Positions 8,002-18,617 are shown, counted from the stretch's first letter. The stretch is DNA of 64,000 bases from Candidatus Latescibacterota bacterium (GCA_963662665.2 CAXXJS010000020.1:32001-96000), one strand, 5' to 3'. Made by a program: numbers and translations. Notes: generated by a model from the sequence alone, not told the origin.

Positions 8002-9510
8002 TCAAATGCTGAAATAATCCCGAATGGCATCGACGAGTCCGGCGATCCCGATCTTCCGCCCGGCGGCCTGCGCAACAACAGGAAATCCAAGACTGTGCGC
8101 AGCCTCGGCCGTTGTGGGCCCTATACAGGCGGCGGGAAGCGTCAGTGGCAGGTCCGGCATTCCAAATTGCTTGAAGAGTTCCATGCTATTTATTGCGGAA
8201 GAGGGGCTTGTAAACACTATGATGTCAACTTCCCTTTGCTTCAGACGTGCCAGGATCTTATCTGAAATTCCCGAAGGTTTCACGGTTCGGTAGACAATAA
8301 TCTCCTGCACGTACGCCCCCAGCGCGCGCAGTGCATCAGGAACAAGGCGCCGCCCCTCTTCGGCCCGGGGCATCAGCACGCGCTGCCCGGTCATTTGCAT
8401 TCGGTCGAACGCCCGTGCGAGGTCGTCGGCAGTGTGCTGACACGGGAGCAGGTCCACGCGCAGCCCGTGGCCGCGAATCCTCTCGGCGGACTTCCGGCCC
8501 ACAACGGCAATCCGGACGTTCGACAGGCTTCGCAGGCCGCCGTGCAACGTCTGCACCCGCCGGATGAATCGCTCTATAGCGTTGCCGCTTGCAAATACGA
8601 GCCAGTCGAACTGTTCCAACTCACCAATTGCGGCGTCCACTCCGACCCAATCCGGCGGCTCCGCGATCTCTATCGCCGGAGCAACCAGAACCTCCGCACC
8701 CAGTCCCGTCAACATGCCCCGCAGATCACCGAGGTGTTCCCGGCTCCGCGTGATCATGACGCGTTTTCCAAAGAGCGGCAGCCGTTCAAACCACGGAAAG
8801 TCCGACCTGGCGACTTCACCCACCACGATGGCGGCGGGGCTGGCGGCGTCCACCTCCGCAAGCGTGCCCAGCGTGCATCGGACGGTCTTCTGGCGCGGCA
8901 ACGTGCCGTCCTGTACCACCGCCACAGGCGTATCGGCCGGACGGCCTGCCCGGATCAATCTCCGGGCGACCTCCCCCCGATTTCGCACTCCCATCAACAC
9001 CACCAGTGTTCCGCCCAGACGACCCAGCGCCTGCCAGTCTACTTCCGGCAGGGCATCCAGAGATTCGCTGTGACCAGTTAAAAAAGTAACGTGGGGAGCA
9101 ATCGACCGGTGGGTGACCGGAATACCCGCGTAGGCCGGCGCTGCGATCGCGCTCGTGACTCCCGGAATCACTTCAAATGCGACGCCCGCCTGTTGCAGGG
9201 TTGCCATTTCCTCGCCACCGCGCCCGAATACGAATGGATCACCACCCTTCAGGCGCACCACGTTCAGCCCCTTCCCCGCCCGGGCGACCATGAGTCGGTT
9301 GATCCGTTCCTGCTGGCGCGTCTGCGCGCCCGGCTGTTTCCCCACGTCAATCCGTTCGCAATGCGACGGCGTTTCATCCAGCAATTCCGGATTGGCCAGG
9401 CTATCGTAGAGTATAACATCCGCTTGCCGGATGCGGCGAAGCGCTTTTATCGTTATCAGCTCGGGATCTCCCGGTCCCGAGCCAACCAGAAAAACCCTGC
9501 CTTCCGCCAT
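8002..9510 (-). CDS. cobA: Bifunctional uroporphyrinogen-III C-methyltransferase / uroporphyrinogen-III synthase (CobA-HemD fusion)
   Basis: VFLVGSGPGDPELIT, VVRLKGGDPFVFGRGGEE, then PLFGKRVMITR...FTSPSS...CIGPTTA (HemD domain). Confidence 0.93.
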   Translation of the reverse strand: MAEGRVFLVGSGPGDPELITIKALRRIRQADVILYDSLANPELLDETPSHCERIDVGKQPGAQTRQQERINRLMVARAGKGLNVVRLKGGDPFVFGRGGEEMATLQQAGVAFEVIPGVTSAIAAPAYAGIPVTHRSIAPHVTFLTGHSESLDALPEVDWQALGRLGGTLVVLMGVRNRGEVARRLIRAGRPADTPVAVVQDGTLPRQKTVRCTLGTLAEVDAASPAAIVVGEVARSDFPWFERLPLFGKRVMITRSREHLGDLRGMLTGLGAEVLVAPAIEIAEPPDWVGVDAAIGELEQFDWLVFASGNAIERFIRRVQTLHGGLRSLSNVRIAVVGRKSAERIRGHGLRVDLLPCQHTADDLARAFDRMQMTGQRVLMPRAEEGRRLVPDALRALGAYVQEIIVYRTVKPSGISDKILARLKQREVDIIVFTSPSSAINSMELFKQFGMPDLPLTLPAACIGPTTAEAAHSLGFPVVAQAAGRKIGIAGLVDAIRDYFSI

Positions 9511-9573
9511 AATTGCCTCAAGTGGCCAGGTAACCGGCTGTCCTGTGGTTACATTTGAGAGCGAATTTCAGGC

Positions 9574-10494
9574 CTACAGGTACTCATCCAGAATTTCTCG
9601 CGCTCCGCGCACGGCCAGCAGTTCGGAAAGCCGGATGCCGACTTCAATGGATGCTTCGGGGTCTCCCGTCGTACGGGCGCGGACGACCTTGCTCCCGTCA
9701 GGGACGGCCACCAACCCGTCAGCGACGAGTAAACCTGCGTGCAACCGCGCCCATGCGCCGATGGGAACCTGGCAACTCCCGGCCAGGGCATCCAGCATGG
9801 CGCGCTCGGCACTCACGGCAAGAGACGTGGAAGAATCGTGTAAACAACCCACGGCCCGCGCCACCTTGTTGTCGCCCTGCCGGATCTGGATGCCGAGCGC
9901 GCCCTGCCCGGGAGCCGGCAAAAACCGCTCTGCGGGTAGAAACTCGCTAACCCGCTTATCCAGACCAAGCCGGCGCAGGCCCGCCGCGGCCAGTACAACC
10001 GCCTCGAACTTTCCCGCGTCCAGCTTCCGCAGCCGGGTACCGACGTTTCCGCGAATCTCTGTGATCTCAAGATCGGGTCTAATGTGCCGCAGTTGTGCCT
10101 GACGTCTCGGACTGCCAGTACCAACAACCGCACTCTCGGGCAGACCGTCCAGTGTATGACCGTTACAGCTTACCAGTGCGTCCCGGACGTCGGCGCGGGG
10201 GCTGACGGCCTCAAGTTGCAAACCCTCGGGCAGTCTGGTAGGCAGATCCTTCAAGGAATGCACTGCAACGTCGATTCTGCCACTGAGGAGCGCCTCGTCG
10301 ATTTCTCTTGTAAATACCCGCTTGCCGCCAATCTCCGCAACCGGTAGATTCGGTTCACGATCCCCACTGGTTCTGATAGCCTCGATACAGACTTCGAGAC
10401 CGGAATGCGCGCCCCGAAGCGTATTCCTTGCCCAGGCCGCCTGCCAAAGCGCCAGCGGGCTGCCGCGACTGCCGATCACAAGGCGAGTCAGCAT
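9574..10494 (-). CDS. hemC: Hydroxymethylbilane synthase (porphobilinogen deaminase)
   Basis: IGSRGSPLALWQ, AVHSLKDLP, RGNVGTRL, PAPGQGALG, cofactor Cys in GSCQVPIG. Confidence 0.97.
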   Translation of the reverse strand: MLTRLVIGSRGSPLALWQAAWARNTLRGAHSGLEVCIEAIRTSGDREPNLPVAEIGGKRVFTREIDEALLSGRIDVAVHSLKDLPTRLPEGLQLEAVSPRADVRDALVSCNGHTLDGLPESAVVGTGSPRRQAQLRHIRPDLEITEIRGNVGTRLRKLDAGKFEAVVLAAAGLRRLGLDKRVSEFLPAERFLPAPGQGALGIQIRQGDNKVARAVGCLHDSSTSLAVSAERAMLDALAGSCQVPIGAWARLHAGLLVADGLVAVPDGSKVVRARTTGDPEASIEVGIRLSELLAVRGAREILDEYL

Positions 10495-11813
10495 TCGGAT
10501 TGCACCCTTTCTGCGGGTGCTTCCTCCCGGGTCGATTTCGCGATTCCGGCGGGGGTTGAGTCCAGGTCAAACAGGCGGATCAATGCGTCAACGTAATTAA
10601 GCGCCTCTCCCGAATCGGCGGCCTCCCGTAACCGAACCTGCGGTGCGTGCAACAGTTTGTTCATGTAGAGCCGCAGGAGGCCGGCCACTTTTTTCTGCTG
10701 CCCCTCCGAGAGATCCGACAATCTGGCACGTTCGAGTTCTTCGTCGAGGAGTTCCTGAAACCTCTGCCTCATCGCTACGATGGCCGGCACGACATCCAAT
10801 GAGTTCAGCCACGAAGCAAATTCCGCCACACCCTCGTCCACAATATGCCCGACCTTCTCCGCCTCACGTCTCCTTTTCTTCATGTTCGTGCCGACGACCG
10901 CCTGAAGATCGTCGATATCGTACAAAAAGACGTTGTAGAGTGATCCTGCTTCCGGGTCGATGTCTCTTGGCACTGCAATATCGATGAAGAACATCGCGTT
11001 GTTCCTGCGCTGCTGCATTGCACGCGCAACCCGGGGCCGTTGCAGAATCGGGACGGTGGCGCTGGTTGAACTGATCACGATGTCCGCCCGGTGCAGGCCG
11101 TCCATCGCCTCCGACCACGACAACGCCTTCCCGTTGACGCGTCTCGCCAGATCCCGCGCCCGGCTGAACGTCCGGCTGGACACCATCAGTCGCCCCACTC
11201 CGTTATCCACGAGATGTCTGGCGGTCAACTCGCTCATCTCCCCCGCACCCAGTACCAGAGCCGTCCTTTCGTCTAAATTGCCCAGGATCTTCTTTGCCAG
11301 CCCAACGGCCGCGAAGCTGACCGAAACCGCGCCGTCGGCGATCTCAGTTTCCGTTCGCGCACGTTTGGAGGCTTCGACGGCAGAACGAAACAACCGGTTC
11401 AGAATGGCGCCGGTTGTACCCGCTTCCAGTGCGCGTGCGCCCGCATCCTTCACCTGTCCGGCGATCTGCGGCTCACCCATAATCATCGAATCCAGGCCGG
11501 ACGCCACGCAGAGCAGATGCCGCACCGCGTCCATGTCGTTGCGGGTGAACGTATATTTGCACAACTCACCGGCGTCGATCCCGCTGATCTCGCCAAACAC
11601 GTCAATTACTTCCGCGCGGGCGGCATCGGGATCGTCCGCCACCAGGTACGCCTCGGAACGGTTGCACGTTGATATCAGACTACACTCGGCCACGTTGTCG
11701 AGCGCATGGATTCGCTCGAGGATGGAACCGTAATTCTGCTCGGAGACCGCCACACGGTCCCGGACTTCCACCGAAGCCGTTCGGTGGCTCAACCCCACCA
11801 CTACGATAGACAT
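10488..11813 (-). CDS. hemA: Glutamyl-tRNA reductase
   Basis: VGLSHRTA, STCNRSE, ASGLDSMIMGEPQIAGQVK, LGAGEM, DIAVPRDID; start at ATG 11813. Confidence 0.96.
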   Translation of the reverse strand: MSIVVVGLSHRTASVEVRDRVAVSEQNYGSILERIHALDNVAECSLISTCNRSEAYLVADDPDAARAEVIDVFGEISGIDAGELCKYTFTRNDMDAVRHLLCVASGLDSMIMGEPQIAGQVKDAGARALEAGTTGAILNRLFRSAVEASKRARTETEIADGAVSVSFAAVGLAKKILGNLDERTALVLGAGEMSELTARHLVDNGVGRLMVSSRTFSRARDLARRVNGKALSWSEAMDGLHRADIVISSTSATVPILQRPRVARAMQQRRNNAMFFIDIAVPRDIDPEAGSLYNVFLYDIDDLQAVVGTNMKKRRREAEKVGHIVDEGVAEFASWLNSLDVVPAIVAMRQRFQELLDEELERARLSDLSEGQQKKVAGLLRLYMNKLLHAPQVRLREAADSGEALNYVDALIRLFDLDSTPAGIAKSTREEAPAERVQSEC

Positions 11814-12442
11814 GCCCGTACTCTCTTGTCGAGCTCGTCCCAACGTTCCCGTCGGACCAGGTCTACCGTCTCCCAGTTCACAAGACGATCCCATACGGCC
11901 TTTCGTCGGGCGGGACTCTCGGGAAACCTGGCCATCACCCGCGGACGCAACCGGGCCAGATAGTCCACTACGCTTCCATGTTCCCGCCCCAGAACATCCT
12001 CGAGATGCCGCGCTACCATTCGCGCGTAGGCAGGGCTAGCTCCTGCGGTCGAAACCGCCACCTGCAATCCTCCGCGACGCAGTGCAGATGGAACGGCAAA
12101 ATCCCCCGGACTCTTTCCGTCCGAGCGATTGACCGGAATCCCGTTCTGCCGTGCGGCAAGCATGACCTCTTGATTAACGGGTCTCCGATCGGTCGTCGCG
12201 AAGACCAGCGCCGCGCCCGCGACGTCGCCGACCTGAAACTCACGGCGCTCCAGGCGAATACGACCCGCGGCAGCCAGTCCATCCAGCGAATCCGTTACTT
12301 CAGGCGCTATCACCGACACGCGTGCGCCGGCGGCGAGCAGGCCGCGTACTTTCCGTTCGGCAACGGATCCACCGCCGACGACGACACATTTCCTGTTCCG
12401 TAAATCCAGAAAGATAGGGTATTCGACCCTTTGGCCGGCCAT
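11801..12442 (-). CDS. Precorrin-2 dehydrogenase / sirohydrochlorin ferrochelatase (CysG N-terminal, SirC/Met8-like)
   Basis: YPIFLDLRNRKCVVVGGGSVAERK, AVSTAGASP. Confidence 0.88.
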   Translation of the reverse strand: MAGQRVEYPIFLDLRNRKCVVVGGGSVAERKVRGLLAAGARVSVIAPEVTDSLDGLAAAGRIRLERREFQVGDVAGAALVFATTDRRPVNQEVMLAARQNGIPVNRSDGKSPGDFAVPSALRRGGLQVAVSTAGASPAYARMVARHLEDVLGREHGSVVDYLARLRPRVMARFPESPARRKAVWDRLVNWETVDLVRRERWDELDKRVRACLS

Positions 12443-12462
12443 ATGAACTCACATACATCAAC

Positions 12463-13290
12463 CTACTGTGCCAGAACGTGCTTCCCGGGAAATAGCAACC
12501 CCATCACGGGGAATGTGAACACCACGAGAACAAACCCGAGAATTGACATGAATGCCGCCCGCTTTCCCTGCCATCCGGCGACCCGCCGGGCTGCCAGGTG
12601 TCCGGCATAGACGACCCACGTCACCAGCAGGATCCAGAACGCGGGTTCGCTCCAGATCCAGAGCGTGTACATCTTCTGGTGGACCCAAACGGAACTCGCC
12701 ACGATACCCGCCGTCAGGAAAACAAAACCGAACGATGCCGCTCGGTTGTTGGTCTGGTCGAGGGTATCCAGCGGCGGCAGGCGTTCGTAGAAAAAGCCCA
12801 GGTGCTTTTTCTGAATCTCCCCCAGCAGCATCACGTACATCGATGCGCTGACACTGGAGATTGCAAACGCCGCATAGGCCAGAATGTAGGCGAACACGTG
12901 AAGTTTGAACCAGCCGCCCGCGTGCGCCACTCCGGGCGCCTCTACTACACCCATAAGATTCGAAGCGGCAACAAGGTGCAACACCGCCACGATCGGAACG
13001 ACAAGTGCGCCGAGCGACCCGCGACACGTGCCGAATTCCAGGTAGAAAAAGACAATAACAACGAGCCAGGCGCATAAGGACGGCAGCACCTGGCTGGTCA
13101 AAGGAACCTGTCCCGTTGAAAGACCCAATCTGGCCAGCAACGCACTGTGCAACACCCAGCCCGCAACGAGACACCAAAAACCGAGGGCGCCCCCGAGGGC
13201 CTGCTTACGAATAAAATGTGCGGCGTACGCACACGCACTGACAACGTAGGCCGCGCCTGTACTCATCACCAGCAGATTTTGCAAGCCCAT
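12463..13290 (-). CDS. Cytochrome c assembly family membrane protein (CcsA/HemX-like)
   Basis: About 8 TM segments; WFKLHV, RLPPLDTLD, W..WSEP, GWQGKRAA, C-terminal His; first gene of the hem operon. Confidence 0.85.
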   Translation of the reverse strand: MGLQNLLVMSTGAAYVVSACAYAAHFIRKQALGGALGFWCLVAGWVLHSALLARLGLSTGQVPLTSQVLPSLCAWLVVIVFFYLEFGTCRGSLGALVVPIVAVLHLVAASNLMGVVEAPGVAHAGGWFKLHVFAYILAYAAFAISSVSASMYVMLLGEIQKKHLGFFYERLPPLDTLDQTNNRAASFGFVFLTAGIVASSVWVHQKMYTLWIWSEPAFWILLVTWVVYAGHLAARRVAGWQGKRAAFMSILGFVLVVFTFPVMGLLFPGKHVLAQ

Positions 13291-13438
13291 AGTATGGGTC
13301 TCCGACGTGTCACCGCGCGTAGAACTGAACTCCGGCCCCCACGCCGTCCGGGCCGATGACGGCGCCGTCCGACCTACCAGTCCGTTGATCCGGCTATTTC
13401 CGACCGGACTCCGATAGGGTCGGTGGAGCCAATTAAAC

Positions 13439-14638
13439 TTACATAAACCCATCCGCCGAATCAATTGAAATCCCACATCTTCCACCCGGTGCAACCACGC
13501 CGAGTACCACGGGTTTGGAGGCTCCCGTCGCACCGGGCAGATTGCCGGACCGGCCTTCCACCGTTGCATTGGCCAGCACAGCAAAGGCAATCGCTTCTTT
13601 AGCGTCGGACGGCACGCCAAACGCATCCGTCTGACAGACGTCCAGCCCCGGGAGCGCACCACGCAGCATTTCCATAATTACCGGATTTCGACAGCCGCCG
13701 CCGCTGACTGCCATTCTACCGATAGAGCTGACCGGAAGGACAAACCGTTTCAACGCATCCGCAATACTTCGTGCCGTAAACGCGGTTGCGGTGGCGATCA
13801 GGTCTTCATCCGGTACGCGTCCCCGCCAGGTCAGAATGTTCTGAACCGGCGATGCGCCGAACGTCTCCCTTCCGGTCGATTTTGGCGGCGCCTTCTTCAG
13901 AAAGGGATGCCGCATCATTTCCGCCAAAAGGGATTCGGACACTTCGCCGGAAGCAGCGAGCGAACCGCCCGCGTCGTACGCCAGGCGGCCACCAGTCAGT
14001 ACACCCGCCAGCGCGTCCAGCATCATGTTTCCAGGGCCCGTATCAAACGCTATGACATCTTCCCGATCACAACCTGCGGGCAGCACGGTAACGTTTGAGA
14101 TTCCGCCGATATTCAATAACACCCGACCCTCCCGCCGCGACCGGAACAGCAGATAGTCCACTAGCGGGACCAGCGGCGCCCCCTGTCCTCCGGCCGCCAG
14201 ATCGCGCGCGCGAAAATCCGCCACCGTGGTCACCCCGGTTCGCTCGGCGATCACACACGGGTCGGCGATTTGCAGTGAGGATCGAGTCACCACCCCGAAC
14301 GCGCTGTATGCTTCCGGAAGGTGGTGGACCGTCTGTCCGTGCGACCCGATGAGATCCACGTTCGTCATCTCGACGCCGGCCTTCCGGCACACCGCTAATG
14401 CCGCCCTTGCAAACCACTCTCCGAGTACGACATGCAGCCTGCAAATCTTGTCCAAATTTCCACTCTCGGCTTCCGATACCTCCAGAATCTCCCGCCGCAA
14501 ATCCGGAGGGTACGGCAAGCCGGAAAACTCGACCAGCCGAAACCTGGTTTCCGTAAGCCCAACCTCCACGAGAGCCGCATCGACGCCGTCCGCAGACGTA
14601 CCCGACATCAGGCCGATCACCCTGCGAAACGCGTTCAC
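13439..14638 (-). CDS. anmK: Anhydro-N-acetylmuramic acid kinase
   Basis: IGLMSGTSADGVD, GSHGQTVHH, GGQGAPLVP, LNIGGISN, FDTGPGN, PPKSTGRE, KEAIAFA. Confidence 0.96.
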   Translation of the reverse strand: MNAFRRVIGLMSGTSADGVDAALVEVGLTETRFRLVEFSGLPYPPDLRREILEVSEAESGNLDKICRLHVVLGEWFARAALAVCRKAGVEMTNVDLIGSHGQTVHHLPEAYSAFGVVTRSSLQIADPCVIAERTGVTTVADFRARDLAAGGQGAPLVPLVDYLLFRSRREGRVLLNIGGISNVTVLPAGCDREDVIAFDTGPGNMMLDALAGVLTGGRLAYDAGGSLAASGEVSESLLAEMMRHPFLKKAPPKSTGRETFGASPVQNILTWRGRVPDEDLIATATAFTARSIADALKRFVLPVSSIGRMAVSGGGCRNPVIMEMLRGALPGLDVCQTDAFGVPSDAKEAIAFAVLANATVEGRSGNLPGATGASKPVVLGVVAPGGRCGISIDSADGFM

Positions 14639-14888
14639 GCGTTACCTCCTCTTCCTGTTGGTATCGCCCGAATGCATAGACATCCATCCGGACGTGACAT
14701 CTAATGTAACCGTATGAAAGACAATGCAGACCTTCGTGTGTCGACCCCACGGTTTCTTTCAAAGGTGGAACGTCGGCCGACGTCATCGTTCTTTAACCAC
14801 TTTGAACGAAGTTTCCGTTGGCGGGAAAGAAGGGGGCATTCCTGATACGCTTTGCGAATGACACCAGTCCAGCAAAGGCATCACCCGT

Positions 14889-15944
14889 TCATCGCCGACG
14901 TCTGCGGCAATAGAGGTCCGATGCCTTACGTACACCCGTCACGAAATATCTGAAACCGATCACACCCCGGTACAGGTTCCCGACGATCTTTGCGTCCGTG
15001 ACCGTACGCACCCGTTGCGCGTCTCTTCTTCGACGGAGAATCGACACCGGATGAAACATCACCCAGCACAGGCCGCACAGCGCCGCAGCCGGACGCTTCC
15101 AGTCGCGCTTCGCGACTCCGAGCAGCACGGTGGCCAGTTCCATGAGGACCCGTGTCGGGAATACCCAGGCCAGCGACTGAGCCGACAGGTTCTTTAACAC
15201 CATAACCAGTTGATTGCGATGGTTCAGGTACGCCTTCCGGAAACCGTGCACATCCAGGGTCCAGCCGCCGTAGTGATAGACCATGGACTCAGGAACCGAA
15301 ATCACCCGGAACCCTGCGAGATGGAATCGCCAGCAAAGGTCAATTTCCTCCATATGCATATAGAATGCTTCGTCCATGAATCCGGTTTCCCGCAGGCATC
15401 GTATGCGCAGGAACATCGCGCCTCCTACCGCCCAGAATATTTCTCGAGAACGATCGTACTGGCCCCGGTCGACCTCGACCGTTTCGAACAACCGTCCCAG
15501 ACAGAACGTGTATCCAAGCAAGTCCATCATCCCGCCCGCTGCGCCTCCGTAGTCGAATTTCTCGCGTTGGCGCAGTGACCTTACCTTGGGTTGGCAGACG
15601 CCTATCCGCGGGTCGGCCTTCATTGCGGCCACCAGCGGAGGCAACCAGTCTTCCGCGACTTCAACGTCGTTATTCAACAACATCGCGAATTCACCGCGGG
15701 CGACCTCCAGCCCCCGGTTACACCCGGCACCCATCCCCTTCCCGCCGCCTGCGCCCACGACCCGAATTCCGGGAAACCGCGCCTGCGCCCGCTGCAAGCT
15801 TCCGTCGTCGTACGGCCTGTCGTCGGCGACGATGACCTCGAACGACACGCCGATTGTTCTTGCGTAAAGGAAATCCAGGCACTTGAGAAGTACGTCACCC
15901 AGAAAATGCGGCACGATCACGGACACAAGGGGCTCAGGGACCAT
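14889..15944 (-). CDS. Glycosyltransferase family 2
   Basis: VSVIVPHF, LLNNDVEV, FWAVGGAMF, FYMHMEEIDLCWR; start 15944 overlaps the stop of the upstream DUF2723 gene. Confidence 0.9.
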   Translation of the reverse strand: MVPEPLVSVIVPHFLGDVLLKCLDFLYARTIGVSFEVIVADDRPYDDGSLQRAQARFPGIRVVGAGGGKGMGAGCNRGLEVARGEFAMLLNNDVEVAEDWLPPLVAAMKADPRIGVCQPKVRSLRQREKFDYGGAAGGMMDLLGYTFCLGRLFETVEVDRGQYDRSREIFWAVGGAMFLRIRCLRETGFMDEAFYMHMEEIDLCWRFHLAGFRVISVPESMVYHYGGWTLDVHGFRKAYLNHRNQLVMVLKNLSAQSLAWVFPTRVLMELATVLLGVAKRDWKRPAAALCGLCWVMFHPVSILRRRRDAQRVRTVTDAKIVGNLYRGVIGFRYFVTGVRKASDLYCRRRRR

Positions 15945-18399
15945 CGTCAGCCTCCTGACGTTTGATCCTCTGGCGCAATGTCTCCAGTGCTCGCGCCACC
16001 TCACGGTCTCCTGGGGTCATCCGCAGGAGGGACTCCAGGTCGGCGGCGGCGCCGGAGAGGTCACCAGTTCGTTCTCTGGACGCGGCCCGATTGAACAACG
16101 CCCGTTCGACTCTTATGTTTTTTTCGATCATCCTGTCATAAAGCGTTATTGCGGCATCGTACCGGCCAATTTGCATCTGCAGTTCCGCCACGGTGCCCAG
16201 ACGCGTCTCTTCGCCGATCAGGTTTGAATCCAGGACTCGATTCAGCAGTCGCTGGGTATCTTCCGGTCGTTCCAATCGATTCATTAACGACGCCATCAAC
16301 CCAAAACCCTGCCAGTGCTCCGGCGGCAGCGCCCGCTCCTCGCAGAATCGCAAGACCTCATAAGCGCCTTCCCGGTCGCCTCCTTCGGTCAATACTTCCG
16401 CGAGGTGAAGGAAGACCGCCGGATAGTTGGCGAGCAGGTTCCGTGCGGTACGGTTACGATGCACGGCAGGGTCCGCGACGCCCCGGTACAGATAGAGTTC
16501 CAGTAAGTGCTTCCTGGTCTTTTGAACGTGAATCGGTAAAGCCTTACGCTGCTTCAGCCGAAACACCATGCCCTCCATCTCAAGGTAATCACGCAGTCCC
16601 GCCCTGTTTTGTTCAGGAACCGTCAGCGCGAAATATACCGGTCTTTCCCACTCGTTCCAATCGACAATCTTTAGAACCATAACGTCCTGTACACGCAACA
16701 CGTTGCCCGGACTGCCCGGAATCGTCCATTTCAGCCCGGCCGCATGTACCGCGCGGTCATCCGGCCAGAATCGCCCGGACTGTATCACCGCCGCCCGCGT
16801 ATGAACCGTAAGTACCCGATCGATATAATCGTCCGTATATCGGATGGGAATCCCGGGGTCCAGATCGCGCAACTGCTTTATATACCAGGACGTATTGAGC
16901 AGACTGAGGTTTACCACGCGCACGTCCTTCCGGAGACCCATCACCTCCTGCTGGAACCAGAGAGGGAAGCTGTCGTTATCCGCGTTGGTAAACAGAATCG
17001 CGTTAGGGTCGCAGGAATTCAGAATATTTGCGGCATAGTCATACGCGAACCGGTTACCGGTCCGGTCGTGTTCCGGGTAATGAGTTGCAGCCAATCCTCC
17101 CGGCATCGCCAGAAGAAGGAAGGCGGCGACAACCGCGGGACTCCTGCCGCGAAACCCTGACGCCACGCGCATAACCACCGACGCCGCGATGCCGATCCAA
17201 ACGGCGAACAATCCGAAGGAGCCCACGAACACGTAGTCGCGCTCCCTTGGCTGCGGGTCCTCCATGTTGAGATAAATCGAAAGCCCGATGCCAGAGAGCA
17301 CGAAGAGCGCTGCAATTGCCCCGAAACGCCGGCGGTCCCGTCGCCAGTGTTCCCACATGCCCCAGCAGCCCAGGAGATAGGGGACGAATGAAATATGTAC
17401 GAACTGTACGTCGTGAGACGTCGCCTGTCGAAAGGCGTCTGAAACAAATCGCAGTCCCGGCACCGGAAACTGCGAGAGCAAGTATTTAAGATACATCGTC
17501 CAAATCTGGAAATCCCAGAATTGCGCCTTGCGGTCGAATACGCCAAGCAGCATACTTTCCGATCCGTATTGTTCGCGGCCCAGAAATCTGATGAAATTGG
17601 CCCACGTTTCCGGATTGTTCTCGTCGATCATGGGATTCAACCCCGACCGGATGTAGAGTGAGAGGTAGGTTGAATACCCCGCAACAAACAGGAAAATCGC
17701 ACACGCCCAGGTCCGCGGATCCCGCAAGACTTCCGGCTTCCGGAACCAGATCAACATCAGCAGCGTGGGAACGGTCAACAGGCAAAGCAGATGAACGCCG
17801 CCCGCGAGTCCCATCAGATAGGCGATAAAAAAAAGTATCCGTCTGCTATTCGCGTCTCCCGCGCGTTCCATCCATTTCAACCCCAGCCATAGCGTCAGCA
17901 CCATCAGCATCGCGGAAAACCCGTACACCTCGGTCTCCACGGCATTGTACCAGAAGGTATCCGAAAACGCCAGCATCAACGCAGCTACCACGCCGCCGAC
18001 CACACCCGGTACTGGTGCTGGGTTCCTCTCACCGTCACCCCAACCCAGCCGGATGAGACGTACGGTTATCAGATATACGAACAGCACCGCAAGCGCGCTT
18101 GTAATCGCCGAGATGAGGTTCATCGGGAACGCGGGATCGTCTCCCAGCGGCAACATGGTAAACAGACGTCCGACCAGCAGATACAGCGGCGCGCCCGGGG
18201 GGTGGGGAATACCCAGGGTAAACGCGCAGGCGATAAACTCGCCGGAGTCCCAGAACGACACGGTCGGCGCCGCCGTCTTGATAAACACCGCAAGCGAAAT
18301 CAGAAACACCCCGACGGCGCAAGTACCAACAAGGCCGCATACGCCTGCCGGATCCTTCTTTTTGGATTCACCGAATCGCGAATCGCCCGATTTATTCAT
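15934..18399 (-). CDS. DUF2723 / TMEM260-like GT-C membrane glycosyltransferase with C-terminal TPRs
   Basis: APTVSFWDSGEFIACAFTLGIPHPPGAPLY, FWYNAVETEVY, GREQYG, QPRERDY, LFTNADNDSFPLW, TPR-like C-terminus. Confidence 0.88.
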   Translation of the reverse strand: MNKSGDSRFGESKKKDPAGVCGLVGTCAVGVFLISLAVFIKTAAPTVSFWDSGEFIACAFTLGIPHPPGAPLYLLVGRLFTMLPLGDDPAFPMNLISAITSALAVLFVYLITVRLIRLGWGDGERNPAPVPGVVGGVVAALMLAFSDTFWYNAVETEVYGFSAMLMVLTLWLGLKWMERAGDANSRRILFFIAYLMGLAGGVHLLCLLTVPTLLMLIWFRKPEVLRDPRTWACAIFLFVAGYSTYLSLYIRSGLNPMIDENNPETWANFIRFLGREQYGSESMLLGVFDRKAQFWDFQIWTMYLKYLLSQFPVPGLRFVSDAFRQATSHDVQFVHISFVPYLLGCWGMWEHWRRDRRRFGAIAALFVLSGIGLSIYLNMEDPQPRERDYVFVGSFGLFAVWIGIAASVVMRVASGFRGRSPAVVAAFLLLAMPGGLAATHYPEHDRTGNRFAYDYAANILNSCDPNAILFTNADNDSFPLWFQQEVMGLRKDVRVVNLSLLNTSWYIKQLRDLDPGIPIRYTDDYIDRVLTVHTRAAVIQSGRFWPDDRAVHAAGLKWTIPGSPGNVLRVQDVMVLKIVDWNEWERPVYFALTVPEQNRAGLRDYLEMEGMVFRLKQRKALPIHVQKTRKHLLELYLYRGVADPAVHRNRTARNLLANYPAVFLHLAEVLTEGGDREGAYEVLRFCEERALPPEHWQGFGLMASLMNRLERPEDTQRLLNRVLDSNLIGEETRLGTVAELQMQIGRYDAAITLYDRMIEKNIRVERALFNRAASRERTGDLSGAAADLESLLRMTPGDREVARALETLRQRIKRQEADDGP

Positions 18400-18617
18400 A
18401 TTGATCGCTCAGATTTCGAATTCTGTCAATTCGCGCGCGAAATCCAATTCTCCCGACGTCAACGACACGCGACCGGATAAACAGTGAATTTCGACCGGAT
18501 GCCGGGAGCCAGAGGCAGTTCCAATGTCCAACGCCTTCACCAGCAACCCGTCATACCGTTCTCGCGGACGCACCGGAAACCCGTCCCGTCCATCAGACGC
18601 CCTGAGATGGCCAGGGC

